A DNA stretch of 64,000 bases from an uncultured archaeon (GTDB lineage Archaea > Thermoproteota > Nitrososphaeria > Nitrososphaerales > Gagatemarchaeaceae): assembly GCA_963817525.1 (NCBI GenBank), contig CAWFOU010000007.1:64001-128000 (forward strand), written 5' to 3'. Positions 10,111-20,874 of this stretch are shown piece after piece. Numbering within the stretch: the stretch's first letter is position 1; each line of letters opens with the position of its first letter. The position numbers and the translations under genes are program-made. Under the pieces are notes generated by a model. The model was not told where the DNA came from and did not search any database. It saw only the letters and a list, made by a program, of their open reading frames with translations.

Positions 10111-11256
10111 TTACCCCTTGACAACAAGAGGACAATCGTTTCCTTCGCAAACGAAGTTCAGTGAAGGCAAAGTGGCTCCGCTAGTCTGGGTAGTCGAAGC
10201 TCCGGAAAGCCCCCACTCGTTATCGATGTAGTTCTGAATGCCTGAATCGGATCCAAATTGATCGTAATAGCTGTACGAGGTAACGTGATTGTTGTCGGTT
10301 TCATATGTGAGGCCTGAACCATAGGCGTTAGTAGGCACCAACCCTCCTCCTATGTTGAAATTGGTTGTGTCATATGACATGGCATATGTATCTCCGGAGC
10401 TGAACGCATAGGCACTAACGCCCAAGTTCGAGTTATCGCTAAGGAAGTCACCTGCCGAGACGTCTGTGACCTCCATCGCCATTGAAGGGTCAACCGAGTA
10501 GCTTCCTTGATCATACGATACTGCACTCGTTGTGGTCCCAATGCTCGAGATGGAATTCGAACTACAGGACGTGTCAGCTGGATCCAATAACATCTGTGTC
10601 GACGGACTACCATAGGTAGTGACCCCAGACGAGGTGACAACCATCAGATAGGTGAGAGTACCGCTTTCACTCACTATGAACCACCAACCAGTGATGCTAT
10701 TGTGTGTTACATATTCTACTTCATCCGTCACCGACGCGGTCCCGCTACTCACCAAATCCGTGCTCCAGGTGTAGGTAAGGGCTCCTACGGAGGAGGAGCC
10801 GCTGAGCGCTTCAATCAGCGTCACGAATGGAACCGGTTCGTCGTTTGAACTGGAATACTGCACCGCCCCTTGGAAGACAATTCCGGTGATGGTGTATTGA
10901 GTGGAGCTGCAAGTGAGCGTTCCACCTGCGCTGAATGGAGCATTGACCAGAAAATAAGCAAAATAGGTATCCGTCCCCATCGTGTACGACGAAGCTAAAT
11001 CCATCCATGCAGTCCCAACACTCGTTTGACCCGTTGAGGCAAGGGTCCCTATTGCCCAATCGGGGTCTGAACCGGGACATTCTCCATACACACACGACTG
11101 AGGCACTCCTAAACCTCTAGGTGATGTAGGATTTCCTGAGGCCGTAGCATGTGCGCTATCCAGGAATACGGCTGCCGCCGGAGAAGAGACCATCAATACG
11201 AGCAGCACGATCGGCAAGACCTTCGCCAATGTGGAATTCCTCAACAACTTCATCAT
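10111..11256 (-). CDS. Secreted S/T-rich protein, possibly G1/thermopsin-like peptidase fold
   Basis: Signal peptide; FLVNA...VFQG...MAME spacing resembles a Q/E dyad; behind the conserved promoter repeat. Confidence 0.55.
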   Translation of the reverse strand: MMKLLRNSTLAKVLPIVLLVLMVSSPAAAVFLDSAHATASGNPTSPRGLGVPQSCVYGECPGSDPDWAIGTLASTGQTSVGTAWMDLASSYTMGTDTYFAYFLVNAPFSAGGTLTCSSTQYTITGIVFQGAVQYSSSNDEPVPFVTLIEALSGSSSVGALTYTWSTDLVSSGTASVTDEVEYVTHNSITGWWFIVSESGTLTYLMVVTSSGVTTYGSPSTQMLLDPADTSCSSNSISSIGTTTSAVSYDQGSYSVDPSMAMEVTDVSAGDFLSDNSNLGVSAYAFSSGDTYAMSYDTTNFNIGGGLVPTNAYGSGLTYETDNNHVTSYSYYDQFGSDSGIQNYIDNEWGLSGASTTQTSGATLPSLNFVCEGNDCPLVVKG

Positions 11257-11258
11257 TC

Positions 11259-11348
11259 TGTCCAGAAGTCATTTGCTCGGACCTAAAAAGGAAGATTCAC
11301 GACTGATAACACAGTTGAGTAATCAACTGATAACAATGTTCTGTAAAA
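11259..11348 (-). promoter_or_regulatory. Conserved cassette promoter/operator, copy A
   Basis: Hexamers CGACTG/CAGTTG/CAACTG at 11300/11312/11324; minus-strand TTTTTAG TATA-like box ~26 nt before the ATG. Confidence 0.75.
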
Positions 11349-11376
11349 ATCATAGGCAAGCGCATCTACCATCGTC

Positions 11377-11730
11377 CTAGACCTCCCCTGTCTCCCGGTA
11401 TCCCTTCAAAGTATCTTCTATGTACCTGAGTACGACTGGATTTTTACAGGCGAACTTGTAGGTCTTCTACCGTCCATGAACTCTTGTTGTGACCTCGGCT
11501 ACGAGGTGAAGCCGCAGCAACGAATACTCGGGCTCGTATGAGCCTGGTCGGCCGCGAATGACTCCGCTAACTTCACTCGGGTAGAGACGTGTCTTGTGAC
11601 AAATCTCGGAGACAGACAGTGCATCCAAGCTCTTCATGAGAGTCCAGAGCACGAGACGCCGAACCCGGCTTCGCAATGCCACGTTAAGAGAGCGACGATC
11701 GACATTGGCGTCCCGGGAGGTATCAGACAT
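11377..11730 (-). pseudogene. EarA-family winged-helix regulator with in-frame TAG at 11467-11469
   Basis: ALRSRVRRLVL...SEI...PSEVSGVIRG...Y...SLLRLHLV; frame continues KTYKF...GYRETGEV after the stop. Confidence 0.7.
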
Positions 11731-12342
11731 GGCAAAGCCAGAAGATTTGTCCCACTGCCTCCGTATTTAGGCATTCTCACGAAATTGAAAGCCAAAAAGT
11801 GATGTTACGGCTAAATCTGCCACGATGAGTTCAACGCCTCTTTAAGGCCAACCGGTAATCTGACACCTCGAATAGAGATATTCTCGATAACATATGGTTG
11901 CCATGAGCACAGAGTTCGAATCTATTCCGAGGAAGAATTGGTGGCGGGCCCCGTCTGGCCCGCCTGCTTTTGGCTCATAATCGCTTTGGACCCAAGAGGG
12001 TGGTTTATACCCTTAAATATTCTAGCACGACAATGCTTTCGAGATGTTATATGGAGAAGGTTAAATGGAACGGGAGCGCTTCCAGTCCAATATGACGATC
12101 CGGTGGTTCTAATCGCAAATCAATCCGTCGAAACTCTTAGCATATTGCTAATTGGTATTGTATCACTTTTGCGGTGACAGGCTCAATCGAACTTTACCGC
12201 GCGGCCCTTGAAGTAAGAAGGCGTTCTCTCAATGCGGATTCTGGCCGCCTAGGCGAAAATGCAATCTAGCCGCTGCGACGAGTCCAGCGCTCGCGGTCGT
12301 TCGGCTCTCCGCATGCTCGGCTGGTCATGTGAACTCTAGGCC

Positions 12343-12702
12343 CTAGTGATCGGCTGGATGTGGACTTCCTCGGCCTGCTCGCCCACCGCGCATCCGCAGC
12401 CCGCATGGTGTGCCCCTTCTCAGGGTGCCATGGTAGAGCCCGTCCTCGAGCTTCTTGTGGTTCTCGGCAAGAGCGCCTGCCTTCAGCCGCGCGATGCATA
12501 ACCTTGGGAGGGTTCCAGGCCCGACCCGTCTAACCGACCTGAGTTGATCTGGATGCTTGTCTAGGAAGGCTCTGACACGTTCTTTTGCCGCGTCCATCTC
12601 TGAGAGTTTTCCGCTGTCAAGCCTCTTCTTTCTATCGACGATAACTTGCGGATCCTCCTGCGCCTTGGATTCGAGCGAGAGGGACCGCATTGCCTTTTCC
12701 AA
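12343..12702 (-). CDS. Hypothetical protein (possible fragment)
   Basis: ORF with a charged N-half directly downstream of 12709..13584. Confidence 0.35.
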   Translation of the reverse strand: MEKAMRSLSLESKAQEDPQVIVDRKKRLDSGKLSEMDAAKERVRAFLDKHPDQLRSVRRVGPGTLPRLCIARLKAGALAENHKKLEDGLYHGTLRRGTPCGLRMRGGRAGRGSPHPADH

Positions 12703-12708
12703 GTCCGA

Positions 12709-13584
12709 CTACGGAGTCACTGTGGTCGTGACGGTGGAGGTTACCGTCGGCTCGCTGTATGTGCAACTGGTCACTGTGATGGTTTGGGTGTAGATGGTCG
12801 AGGTTAATGTTGTCGTTACCGTTGTAGTAGACTGAGCCCCGACAGTAGTTGTGGCAGTGACCGTCAACTCACCACCGGGATAACAGTTAGAGGTCGGAAG
12901 CGCATAAGTCGTTGTAGGCGTGGAAGCCTGCGTCGTGACGGTCGCCGTCGATGTAACGATGTCGACCGTGGGGCCGATCGAGATAGTCGCATTGATCATT
13001 AGGGATCGGCCAAGCTGGTATGTGCCCGTGGGGAAACCGCTTACCGGTTCTATGTACGGCCATATGCTCAAGATGTAACTCTGTCCGACAGTGAGGTTTA
13101 AGGTCGGAATGTTGTCGAGGTCAGGGCCCGTTGACTCTCCGGCTGTATAATTGGCACCGGAGTGGATTTGAAAAGAGTCTGATGCCCAGACCTGTGTGCC
13201 ATTCTTCGAATAGATTACCGGGTTGATGAATGGACCTGCTTGATAGACTAACTGGTCTTGGCCGGAGATATCGGTGAGAGTGGCATTGGCCTCGATTGGC
13301 TCGCCTTTTGGCACCACCGAACTGCCTAGTATCACCGAAAAGTTCCAGTCCCCATCACTCTTGTAGAAGGAAACCCGCCCCGCCGCTGTCGAGTTAGTGC
13401 TCAAAGAAGAGGAAGATGAGGAAGCTGCCGAAGAACCTGTCAAGGAAGATGAAGAAGAGGAAGCGGACGACAGGGGTTGACTCGATGTCGTTGTTGTTGG
13501 GTTCCCAGGGGTGGTCGTGATGGCGAAGACTGCGACAACGGCGAGTATTAGCACCACTGCGATTCCAATCAGTCTCTTGTTCAT
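12709..13584 (-). CDS. Membrane-anchored S/T-rich extracellular protein (cassette partner)
   Basis: N-terminal TM, Ser-rich linker, beta-rich domain, Thr-rich tail. Confidence 0.75.
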   Translation of the reverse strand: MNKRLIGIAVVLILAVVAVFAITTTPGNPTTTTSSQPLSSASSSSSSLTGSSAASSSSSSLSTNSTAAGRVSFYKSDGDWNFSVILGSSVVPKGEPIEANATLTDISGQDQLVYQAGPFINPVIYSKNGTQVWASDSFQIHSGANYTAGESTGPDLDNIPTLNLTVGQSYILSIWPYIEPVSGFPTGTYQLGRSLMINATISIGPTVDIVTSTATVTTQASTPTTTYALPTSNCYPGGELTVTATTTVGAQSTTTVTTTLTSTIYTQTITVTSCTYSEPTVTSTVTTTVTP

Positions 13585-13805
13585 GATGCGGGCCTCTATA
13601 TTTCACGGGGTTTGGCTTGTCTGTAAGTCTTGCGTTTAGGGTCTTGGAACGCAATTAGGGCTGCCGAGACAAGATATGGAAAATTCATTCTGCTTCATCG
13701 GTGATTGAGTAAAAGCGAGAAGAATACCGAATTCTGTTGCAACTGTGGATGACCTTGTTCTGACATGGGGTACCCAAGAGGACATGGGAACGCCAAGTTC
13801 AGATC

Positions 13806-15077
13806 TTATGTGCCACAGCTACTCTGCCAGGTCTCGGTGAAATATCCGTGCACTCCGTCGGCTATAACGTCCCCTGGGTAAAGGTCAGCTTCGTTGCATC
13901 CGCTGATATCTATTTCATAACTACCATAATAGTTGTCATTATAGTTTGTATAAATGCTCCAGTTGTCCGGCTCATAAGTAGAGCCAAAGTCGAGATCGGC
14001 GCCATAGAATCCATAGTCGTTGGTGAGTTCAGGCAACACGTTGGAACCGGTCGTTATGTCGAATATCTCAGAATAGTATGCGTCACCCATTCCACTGAAG
14101 GTAGAACCCGAGGTGGAAAAGGGTATGCAAGTTTCTCCCGCTCCGCCGTCTGCAGATGAGTCTGCAATGTCGAAGACATAGCTATCCAGTGAGTTACTGT
14201 TGGAATAATATTTTGCACTGTACACTATCGAGGCCATAGCGTCACCGGACGAAATTGCGTAGTCCCAAGAAAGCCCAGCCCCGCATATGGTTGGAGAGTT
14301 CGACCCGTTGTATAACCAATAGAAGGCTTCATAGGATGATGTGCAACTGCCTCCACTGGTGCAGGAAAGCTCGTCGAGGACGCCGTCCATGGCTGCATCA
14401 TAAGACGGGCCGATGCCGCCCGACTGCGCCGCCGTCTCTTGATACATTTCACAATCCGAGCTCACACAAGCGTTCGATGGACTTGAGGGCTGGGAGATTG
14501 CTTGCGCTGCATATTCAGCAGTAATGTCGAGTACCGGAACGGTGGCCCCAGAATCGTTGTAGAAGTCGTACCCCGAAATTCCAGTCGATGTTGTTATCGC
14601 AGGAGATACTCCCCCATGGAAAGGAGATGGGAGAGGCGGATAGAAGGTTGAACTCTGAACGGATGACAATGTTGGGTTCTCCCCCACGTCAAGCTTGCCC
14701 ACCAATGTGTTACCGTTCATTATGTCGAAAACAAAGTGGACAGATTGAATCGTCGCCTGGCATGTAGTCATTCGGTAGCCGCTATCGAATGTTGCGTTGT
14801 ACTGGGAAGTTAGTGCCCGGAACTCAGAAGCCGACTCCGCCAGTTGGACTCCTGTCGCGAGATCAACACTAGCTTGCGTCGACATGATATCGGACGCAAC
14901 ACGGGCACCACACTCACTCGCCGCGTTAGAATTGGCCCCGGAGTTAGTGTCAGCATGAGCTAGATTCACGCCCGACAATCCTCGCGAGAATACGAGGAGG
15001 GCGAGAACAGCCAGTATGATTCCGGCATTCACGCTAGGCCCTGCTGCATTAAGTCGATTGCGATTGGAGACCATCAT
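13806..15077 (-). CDS. Secreted peptidase G1-like protein with degenerate active site
   Basis: Colinear with 24059 and 35158 paralogs, but AAMDG replaces IVQDG and SEIFDI replaces AEWITE. Confidence 0.65.
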   Translation of the reverse strand: MMVSNRNRLNAAGPSVNAGIILAVLALLVFSRGLSGVNLAHADTNSGANSNAASECGARVASDIMSTQASVDLATGVQLAESASEFRALTSQYNATFDSGYRMTTCQATIQSVHFVFDIMNGNTLVGKLDVGENPTLSSVQSSTFYPPLPSPFHGGVSPAITTSTGISGYDFYNDSGATVPVLDITAEYAAQAISQPSSPSNACVSSDCEMYQETAAQSGGIGPSYDAAMDGVLDELSCTSGGSCTSSYEAFYWLYNGSNSPTICGAGLSWDYAISSGDAMASIVYSAKYYSNSNSLDSYVFDIADSSADGGAGETCIPFSTSGSTFSGMGDAYYSEIFDITTGSNVLPELTNDYGFYGADLDFGSTYEPDNWSIYTNYNDNYYGSYEIDISGCNEADLYPGDVIADGVHGYFTETWQSSCGT

Positions 15078-15107
15078 TGCTCATGCAATCTTGGTATAGG
15101 AAATGTC

Positions 15108-15157
15108 GGCTATATTATCAAGAATCACAACTGTATACACAGCTGCATAATCAGTTG
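15108..15157 (-). promoter_or_regulatory. Diverged cassette promoter/operator, copy F
   Basis: CAACTG/CAGCTG/CAGTTG at 15128/15140/15152 next to AAGAATCA and an AT-rich TATA-like box. Confidence 0.65.
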
Positions 15158-15207
15158 TGGAACGGCGTTTCGGTTCAAAGTCAGTCTCGCATGCATGCAA
15201 GATTTAG

Positions 15208-15562
15208 TTAGCTCTCTCCGACTCTCCGATATCTTTCGAGAACTCCTTTCGATATAATTCAACAGAATCGGGTTCTTGCAGATGAACTTGTACGTCTTCT
15301 GTTGTCTACTGCCTGCGACTTTCGAGATGCTTTCGCTTACGAGCTGAAGTCGAAGCAAGGAGTATTGGGGCTCATACTGACCTTTGACGCCACGAATGAC
15401 ACCAGCCACTTCACTCGGGCTAAGACCTGCGTGGCGGCCAATCTCCGAAATGGATAGAGAGGCTCCACTGTTCTTGAGAGTCGAAAGCACGAGGCGCCGA
15501 ACACGGCTCTGCAGCGCGATACGAAGCAGATCCAGAATTTGCTCCACTTCGCCTGTGCTCAA
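15208..15562 (-). CDS. EarA-family winged-helix regulator (most intact copy; +1 shift near C-terminus)
   Basis: ALQSRVRRLVL...SEIGR...PSEVAGVIRG...YSLLRLQLV; homologous tail EGVLERYRRVGES* lies in another frame, and the ORF as written runs to 15125. Confidence 0.7.
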
Positions 15563-16127
15563 GCTAGAAAAACAACCGGCACAATGTTCCGATATCGAGT
15601 TATATACGCATTTTTCGTAAACTATGTGTCATAGATTCGTGTAACGGCTAATGTCGACAAAACATTCAGCCCGAATTGGCCAGCGAGAACCACGCCCGCA
15701 ACCTGATTGGCTCGGCAAGCACAATCGAACACAAACTCAAGATTCCTAGGAAGCACTGCGATGCGGTACATGAAGACTATGAGTCAATCCTGAAAACTAG
15801 GCTCGTTCGAGCTTCCATACACCAGTATTGACGCGATATTGAAAGAGATAGCCTCATGCCAGGATATCGGCATCTAGTACTTTATAGTGAGTTTTCCTGA
15901 AAAGGATGAGACAAGATTGATAGAACTCTTTGTCGTCGAGATGGCGTTAAAAATAGCGTTCACATACCTCTGCCTCAAAAGGTTACCTCTCCTGTACGCT
16001 ACCGCGCAGCGTGTCTGTGAATGACTCGGAATGTGGAAGCCCTCAGAGAGTCCTCGGCCTTGCACCCTCCGCTCCGACCCGTTTCTTCGTGACCCATTGT
16101 CGTCAGAAATCGCAGCTATCGCTAACT

Positions 16128-17240
16128 CTAATCCGAGGATGCAACCAAAACCTGATTCACGTACGAGAAACGCACCCCGTTCAGGAGGGTACCGGTGACG
16201 GTGAGGGGATATTGCTCGGCAGTATTGATTCCCGCGCCAACCAAAGTAGGCGCGCTCTGAATCCTCTGACCGGTCAGCACTGGGTTCGACGAACTCGCGT
16301 TGAATGAGAAGGCGAAAACGGTCGTCGGAGTACCGACCAAGCCCCTGAGGCTGGCGTTCAACGAAGCGATAGGGGCCAGACCGATGTTCTCCAGCGACAT
16401 GGTGACCTCGTGTCCCTCCGGGCTGTACCCCGCGATTGCGACCGAGACTGCCCCGACGTGATTGTTCGACGTCGCTGAGACTTGGAAGGGCGCGCAGATG
16501 GTCTGATTCCACTCGTCTTCTACGGCGAGGGTATACTGCCCAGGCGAGAGGTAGTGGAAGTAGGGCGAGCTCGTCGTGGCCGCGCCTAGGTCTAGGTAGC
16601 CCTTAACAGGAGCCCAGTAGCCGAACAAGCTTGTTCCTTCGGGGCAATGGGTATCGGATGCGTTCCCACAATATTCGGTAGTCGCGTTGGTCGCAAGGCG
16701 GTATAGTCCCCCCAGAACGCCAAGGCTCGCATTGCTGCTGTCGGGCAGGAACACGACCGAGTCGGATCCCTGGACAATGCAGGGAAGTGCCACGGGAGGC
16801 GCAAGCCAGAGAGGGGTCACTGCGGACGAGAGGTTCTCTGACGAGTAATGGCCTTGGAACAGAGCGTAGGCCCCAAGAGAGAACAGGGTGTTGTCACCGC
16901 ATACGAAGTCGTCGTTCGTCCAAGCCGCTATCGTGGAGTTGGGCGAGTTCGCGATGGAAACTGAGAGGTTCTGGTCGAGCGGGTTGTAGAACGAAATCTG
17001 CGCACCCAATGCGGAGCCCATCCCAATCGTGGTGGCGTTGAGATTCAGGTTGAGCTCGAGACCTGAGGGCGCGGTAACCGAGTAGGTACTCGGTAGTTGG
17101 GAGTGCGATGACTGCTGTGAGGACCTTGAGGAAACCTTGGCCGCGGACGAGTAAGCGCTGTTGATTTCAATCGCAACCAACGAAGTCACAAGAATCACCA
17201 CGGCGACCGCCGTCATGATTCGATGCGAATATTCCGACAT
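16128..17240 (-). CDS. Membrane-anchored extracellular protein (cassette partner)
   Basis: Paralog of 5922..6701 with an extra C-terminal Ig-like domain. Confidence 0.75.
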   Translation of the reverse strand: MSEYSHRIMTAVAVVILVTSLVAIEINSAYSSAAKVSSRSSQQSSHSQLPSTYSVTAPSGLELNLNLNATTIGMGSALGAQISFYNPLDQNLSVSIANSPNSTIAAWTNDDFVCGDNTLFSLGAYALFQGHYSSENLSSAVTPLWLAPPVALPCIVQGSDSVVFLPDSSNASLGVLGGLYRLATNATTEYCGNASDTHCPEGTSLFGYWAPVKGYLDLGAATTSSPYFHYLSPGQYTLAVEDEWNQTICAPFQVSATSNNHVGAVSVAIAGYSPEGHEVTMSLENIGLAPIASLNASLRGLVGTPTTVFAFSFNASSSNPVLTGQRIQSAPTLVGAGINTAEQYPLTVTGTLLNGVRFSYVNQVLVASSD

Positions 17241-17294
17241 TACTAACTCTGAAGGATAAGGGCGCGCCCGATTTATTGCTACTTCTTAGAAAAA

Positions 17295-17308
17295 AAATGC
17301 TAGCATTT
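17295..17308. promoter_or_regulatory. Perfect palindrome AAATGCTAGCATTT, possible operator
   Basis: In AT-rich promoter region upstream of 16128..17240, next to an HTH gene. Confidence 0.4.
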
Positions 17309-17412
17309 ATTTCAAAACAGTCCTAGCTTTATTGAGATTCTTCTATGCGGTATGTGCATGGATGACTGGAGCTGACCTCCTTCAACATGTCGCGCCTTCG
17401 TTGGCGGAAGCT

Positions 17413-17826
17413 CTAGACATCCTGTCTTAGCGTACTAAACGTCTGGTGAAAAGACACCAAAAGCGACACCGCTATCGTAATCACCGAGAACAAGTAGGAG
17501 GGCGACGTCAAGGTGGACGGCCGAAGGAGAGTGACAAGAAACACGAGTGACGTTGCCAAAAATACAGAAAACGCAGCCCACAACGGGATCAGTGTCCTCC
17601 TAACTCTGATCATATTCTCAAAGACCACTCTATCTGCCACGTAACCATCACCTCCTTCGTGAATTAATCCCAATCGAACCAACTTTTGTAGATGATACTC
17701 TGCAACCGAAGATGAACTCAAATTGAGAGCTCGCTGAACGTCTGACAGACGGGCGGGTCCGTGCTTGAAGACATGTCTATAAACTCGTAGTGAAGTACCC
17801 GTCAGAGCCTCGCGCCGAGACGACAT
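17413..17826 (-). CDS. Winged-HTH protein with two C-terminal TM helices
   Basis: GTSLRVY...DVQRALNLSSSSVAEYHLQKLVRLGLI followed by two hydrophobic segments. Confidence 0.8.
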   Translation of the reverse strand: MSSRREALTGTSLRVYRHVFKHGPARLSDVQRALNLSSSSVAEYHLQKLVRLGLIHEGGDGYVADRVVFENMIRVRRTLIPLWAAFSVFLATSLVFLVTLLRPSTLTSPSYLFSVITIAVSLLVSFHQTFSTLRQDV

Positions 17827-18120
17827 GGCCTATTCTCCAGAGAGCAAATTGCTACGAGGATTGATTACCTTTCCGTATCCTTGCCTCTTTTTCTGTGGAC
17901 TCTTGTTTTCTTGCCGTGGATTGAGTCGTCTTGAATAGAGAAATTGCATGCACAGAACTCGCAACCTTTGGCCATCGTCCGCTATCTTTACTTTGAAACC
18001 GCCGTTTCTGCAGGCAGGTCGTCAATAACTTACATGAAGAGGCGAATCTTACATTTTGCTAGAATCATCTACCACCGCCTCATGATGCAAAAAGGGAGGG
18101 GTGGTGACGACCCCTCAGTG

Positions 18121-19584
18121 CTAGAAAAGTGCCGTAGCATAGGTATTGGTTGCTCCGGTACAGACGTACCCCGTGTCACCTATGTCAACGTCTGGCGATG
18201 AGACGCCTGTACACTGGGTGTTACCCCCTTCGAGGAACCACGACGGAGTAGCTACGCACTCCCCTACAGCAGTGTATGGCCAAGAACCGGCCGGGCTACA
18301 GCTAGGGCTGTCATTTGAATTGACTACATAACCTGTCGATGGGTTGTTCCAGGATCCCGATGAATAATACTCGAACGAAGGACTCTGGGTGTTCGACATG
18401 CCACTGAAGACACTCTGTGTCGAGTCGTATGATTCGAAGGCGAATGGTTCCTGTGCCACGCCGTAATAGGTAGTACTACTTGGACAGCATTGCGTGATCC
18501 AAGATGCAAATGGATAGGAGTTCGCACCGAAGAGTACGTTCCAGCCCGAGCTGTAATAGATTTCCATGGTGTTTGAACCAGAAGAGCCTTCGTTTGCGAT
18601 GTTCGCAGCGTAGTAATTGCACGGGTTTGACGAGCAGTCGTTGTAGAAGAGCACCAGTTCCCAATTGTGATTGTTGGTTCCATTAGAGGGGTTTTCGAGG
18701 ACCGCTTGCAGAAACATATTTGGATCGATTATTGCATTGACGGTGAAGAAGACTGGTGAACCCGACGGTGGCGAGAGGCTAGGATAGCTGAGACCTACGG
18801 AAACCGCGGTGACCGAACTCCAACTAATTCCTGTATTGCCGCATTGCGTTTTGGCCGAACTGTTGCAAAGGCCTACGCCGAGCGCCCAAGAGGGGTCCTT
18901 GCCATGCCCATGCCATATTCCCGTGGCCTGACTCTGTGAAGCGCCGGGAGACGATTCATGGTTCTGGCCCACTCCTATACTGTGGTTGATCGTCGAGTTC
19001 GCGCTCGTGAGCGGAATGCCGGCGTTTAGCCTTACTACAACGAGCTGGGTAACGGAATAGCCCGAGACTGGGTCGACGTAATGACACCCTACCTCAAAGC
19101 TCCCGATGGCCCCGGTTTCTGGCGCCGTGGGGTCTACTCTAATCAGCAAGGACATCGACGAACTCTTTCCGTATGGTACAGTTATTGAAGGGACAGACGT
19201 GGCCACCTGCAACCAGCTCGGGATTGCCCCGCCATGCGCGGGGAAAGGATAGATTGCAAAGGTAACAACCACCGTGGAATTCGGCGATACGGAAGGGTTC
19301 GCCCACGGAAATGCGAAGTCAACTATGACCGACTCTGAACCTGGTTGGGCATTGAAACTCATGATCCCCGAATCTGCGGAGCCGTTTAGGTAAATACCCG
19401 CCAAGACGGGATCTGCGAGGCCCGCTGCTGACCCGGAATTATTTGTGGCCTGTCGGGACGTGTTGGCGGCCGCGCTCGTGTTCGCGTACGCACTCACACT
19501 GGTTGAAAGCATGCTAATCAATAGAACTCCGAGAATCAACAGAACGCTTGAGCTTCTTATTTTTGAAATCATTCGTGAGTTCAT
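18121..19584 (-). CDS. Secreted protein with Ig-like N-domain and G1/thermopsin-like C-domain
   Basis: Signal peptide; FTVNA...FLQA...FAFES parallels the motifs of 10111..11256. Confidence 0.55.
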   Translation of the reverse strand: MNSRMISKIRSSSVLLILGVLLISMLSTSVSAYANTSAAANTSRQATNNSGSAAGLADPVLAGIYLNGSADSGIMSFNAQPGSESVIVDFAFPWANPSVSPNSTVVVTFAIYPFPAHGGAIPSWLQVATSVPSITVPYGKSSSMSLLIRVDPTAPETGAIGSFEVGCHYVDPVSGYSVTQLVVVRLNAGIPLTSANSTINHSIGVGQNHESSPGASQSQATGIWHGHGKDPSWALGVGLCNSSAKTQCGNTGISWSSVTAVSVGLSYPSLSPPSGSPVFFTVNAIIDPNMFLQAVLENPSNGTNNHNWELVLFYNDCSSNPCNYYAANIANEGSSGSNTMEIYYSSGWNVLFGANSYPFASWITQCCPSSTTYYGVAQEPFAFESYDSTQSVFSGMSNTQSPSFEYYSSGSWNNPSTGYVVNSNDSPSCSPAGSWPYTAVGECVATPSWFLEGGNTQCTGVSSPDVDIGDTGYVCTGATNTYATALF

Positions 19585-19609
19585 CGCTCTGTTTGTCTGA
19601 GAAAATTCT

Positions 19610-19668
19610 CATATAAGCAAGATTCATAGTTGTGAATATAGCTGTGAATATAGCTGTGAATATAGCTG
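19610..19668 (-). promoter_or_regulatory. Cassette promoter copy G with 12-bp tandem repeat
   Basis: TAGTTG, TAGCTG, TAGCTG, TAGCTG at 19627/19639/19651/19663; minus-strand TTATAT ~25 nt before the ATG. Confidence 0.7.
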
Positions 19669-19991
19669 TGTAGCCGCTGTGCGAAAGAATCATCTACGTG
19701 AACGCTCTTTCTGCATGCGCGACGCGACTGCTCAGCCCTCTCCTTTTATTCGATATCTTTCAAGAAGCCCTTCCGATAGCGAGCAAAGGGTCTTTGGGCA
19801 TCGGGAGCCGAAGACCCACCTGATTGATCGGGTGAGTCCTCCGGTCCGGGCCTTGTTACTTCCCGACGGAACGAAATGCGGTCGCGTCGTTGTCATAGAT
19901 TGCCCCACTTCGCCGCCATCAGGGTTCGAATCCAACTCTAGGGAAGTATTGGTGGCGCGCCCCACCGGACTTGAACCCTCGACCTCTTTGG

Positions 19992-20113
19992 GCAGTATCA
20001 AGCGTGGTATTTTTATGCTCCAGTCCGCTTAAAGCAGCACAATGGAATCCAGTCCGTCGGAGGAACCTAGGTTCCGAACCCCCCGGGGTTCGAATCCCGT
20101 CGGGCCCGCCTCC
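19992..20113 (+). repeat. ~120-bp repeat ending in a tRNA 3'-half-like sequence (att relic), copy 1
   Basis: GGGTTCGAATCCCGTCGGGCCCG T-arm and acceptor strand; near-identical copy at 25842..25963. Confidence 0.75.
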
Positions 20114-20161
20114 ACCCGGGTCCGGAACCTGCCGTTAAATGGGGAGAAGCACCTCTTCGTC

Positions 20162-20761
20162 ATGGTCGGTGGCCAGCTGAGGAGGACGTCGAAGTACGCC
20201 CACCTCCTCGAGGAGGATCCCGCGTTCAGGGCCTGGCTCGCGAACGTCGTGAGGGCATCGCACAACACGGGAGGGCACTACTTCCTCAAGGTGGGGTTCA
20301 TCTGCGACGAGGTCTACCACATCCCGCCATCCGGGATAGCTGTGATGAACACGGTCGAGCTGATGACCTTCGTCTCGAACGTCATATCGGAACTGGAGGA
20401 GCGGGGGGCCGTCGGGACCACCATCAACTCCTACGTAAAGGCGGTGAAGTCCTGGGCGCGCTTCGACGGCAAGAGGCTGGACGAGAAGGTCAACGTCCCC
20501 GAGAGCGAGAACATGTACGCCGGGGAGGTGGTCCCCAGGCCGGATGAGGTCCAGACGCTCCTGGACCACGCGCCCCTGAGGGTGAAGGTGGCCGTCTCCC
20601 TCATGGCGTTCGCGGGCCTCCGCCCGGGCACGATAGGGGACTCTCGCGGCCTGGACGGGCTGAAGGTGAAGGACCTGCCCGAGATGGAGGTCAGGGACGG
20701 CAGGATTGCCCACTCGAAGGTGCCCGTTCTTGCATTTACTGATTCTTTGAAGAGCTTTTGA
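20162..20761 (+). pseudogene. Truncated tyrosine integrase (N-terminal half)
   Basis: KYAHLLEED.AFRAW, YVKAVKSW, MAFAGLRP (first catalytic Arg); HxxR and Tyr are missing. Confidence 0.8.
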
Positions 20762-20874
20762 TATTAAGGCCTCTTCGGACGGGTGCTGTCCGATCTTCGC
20801 CTGGTCTTCCGCGAGATGCATCTGGCGAAGCGACAGCTCGAATACAACGCGGTGCCGTCATTCCTCAAGCTAAA

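Noticed and set aside
11467-11469. Pyrrolysine or selenocysteine readthrough of EarA stops
   Set aside because: The stops differ (TAG, TGA) and correspond to Gln and Arg codons in paralogs; simple C-to-T nonsense changes suffice.
19992-20113. Complete tRNA gene
   Set aside because: Only the T-arm and 3' acceptor strand are present; no D-arm or matching 5' strand.
20042-20161. ORF starts MESSPSEE (20042 and 25892)
   Set aside because: They are translations of the tRNA-fragment repeat; integrase similarity begins further downstream.
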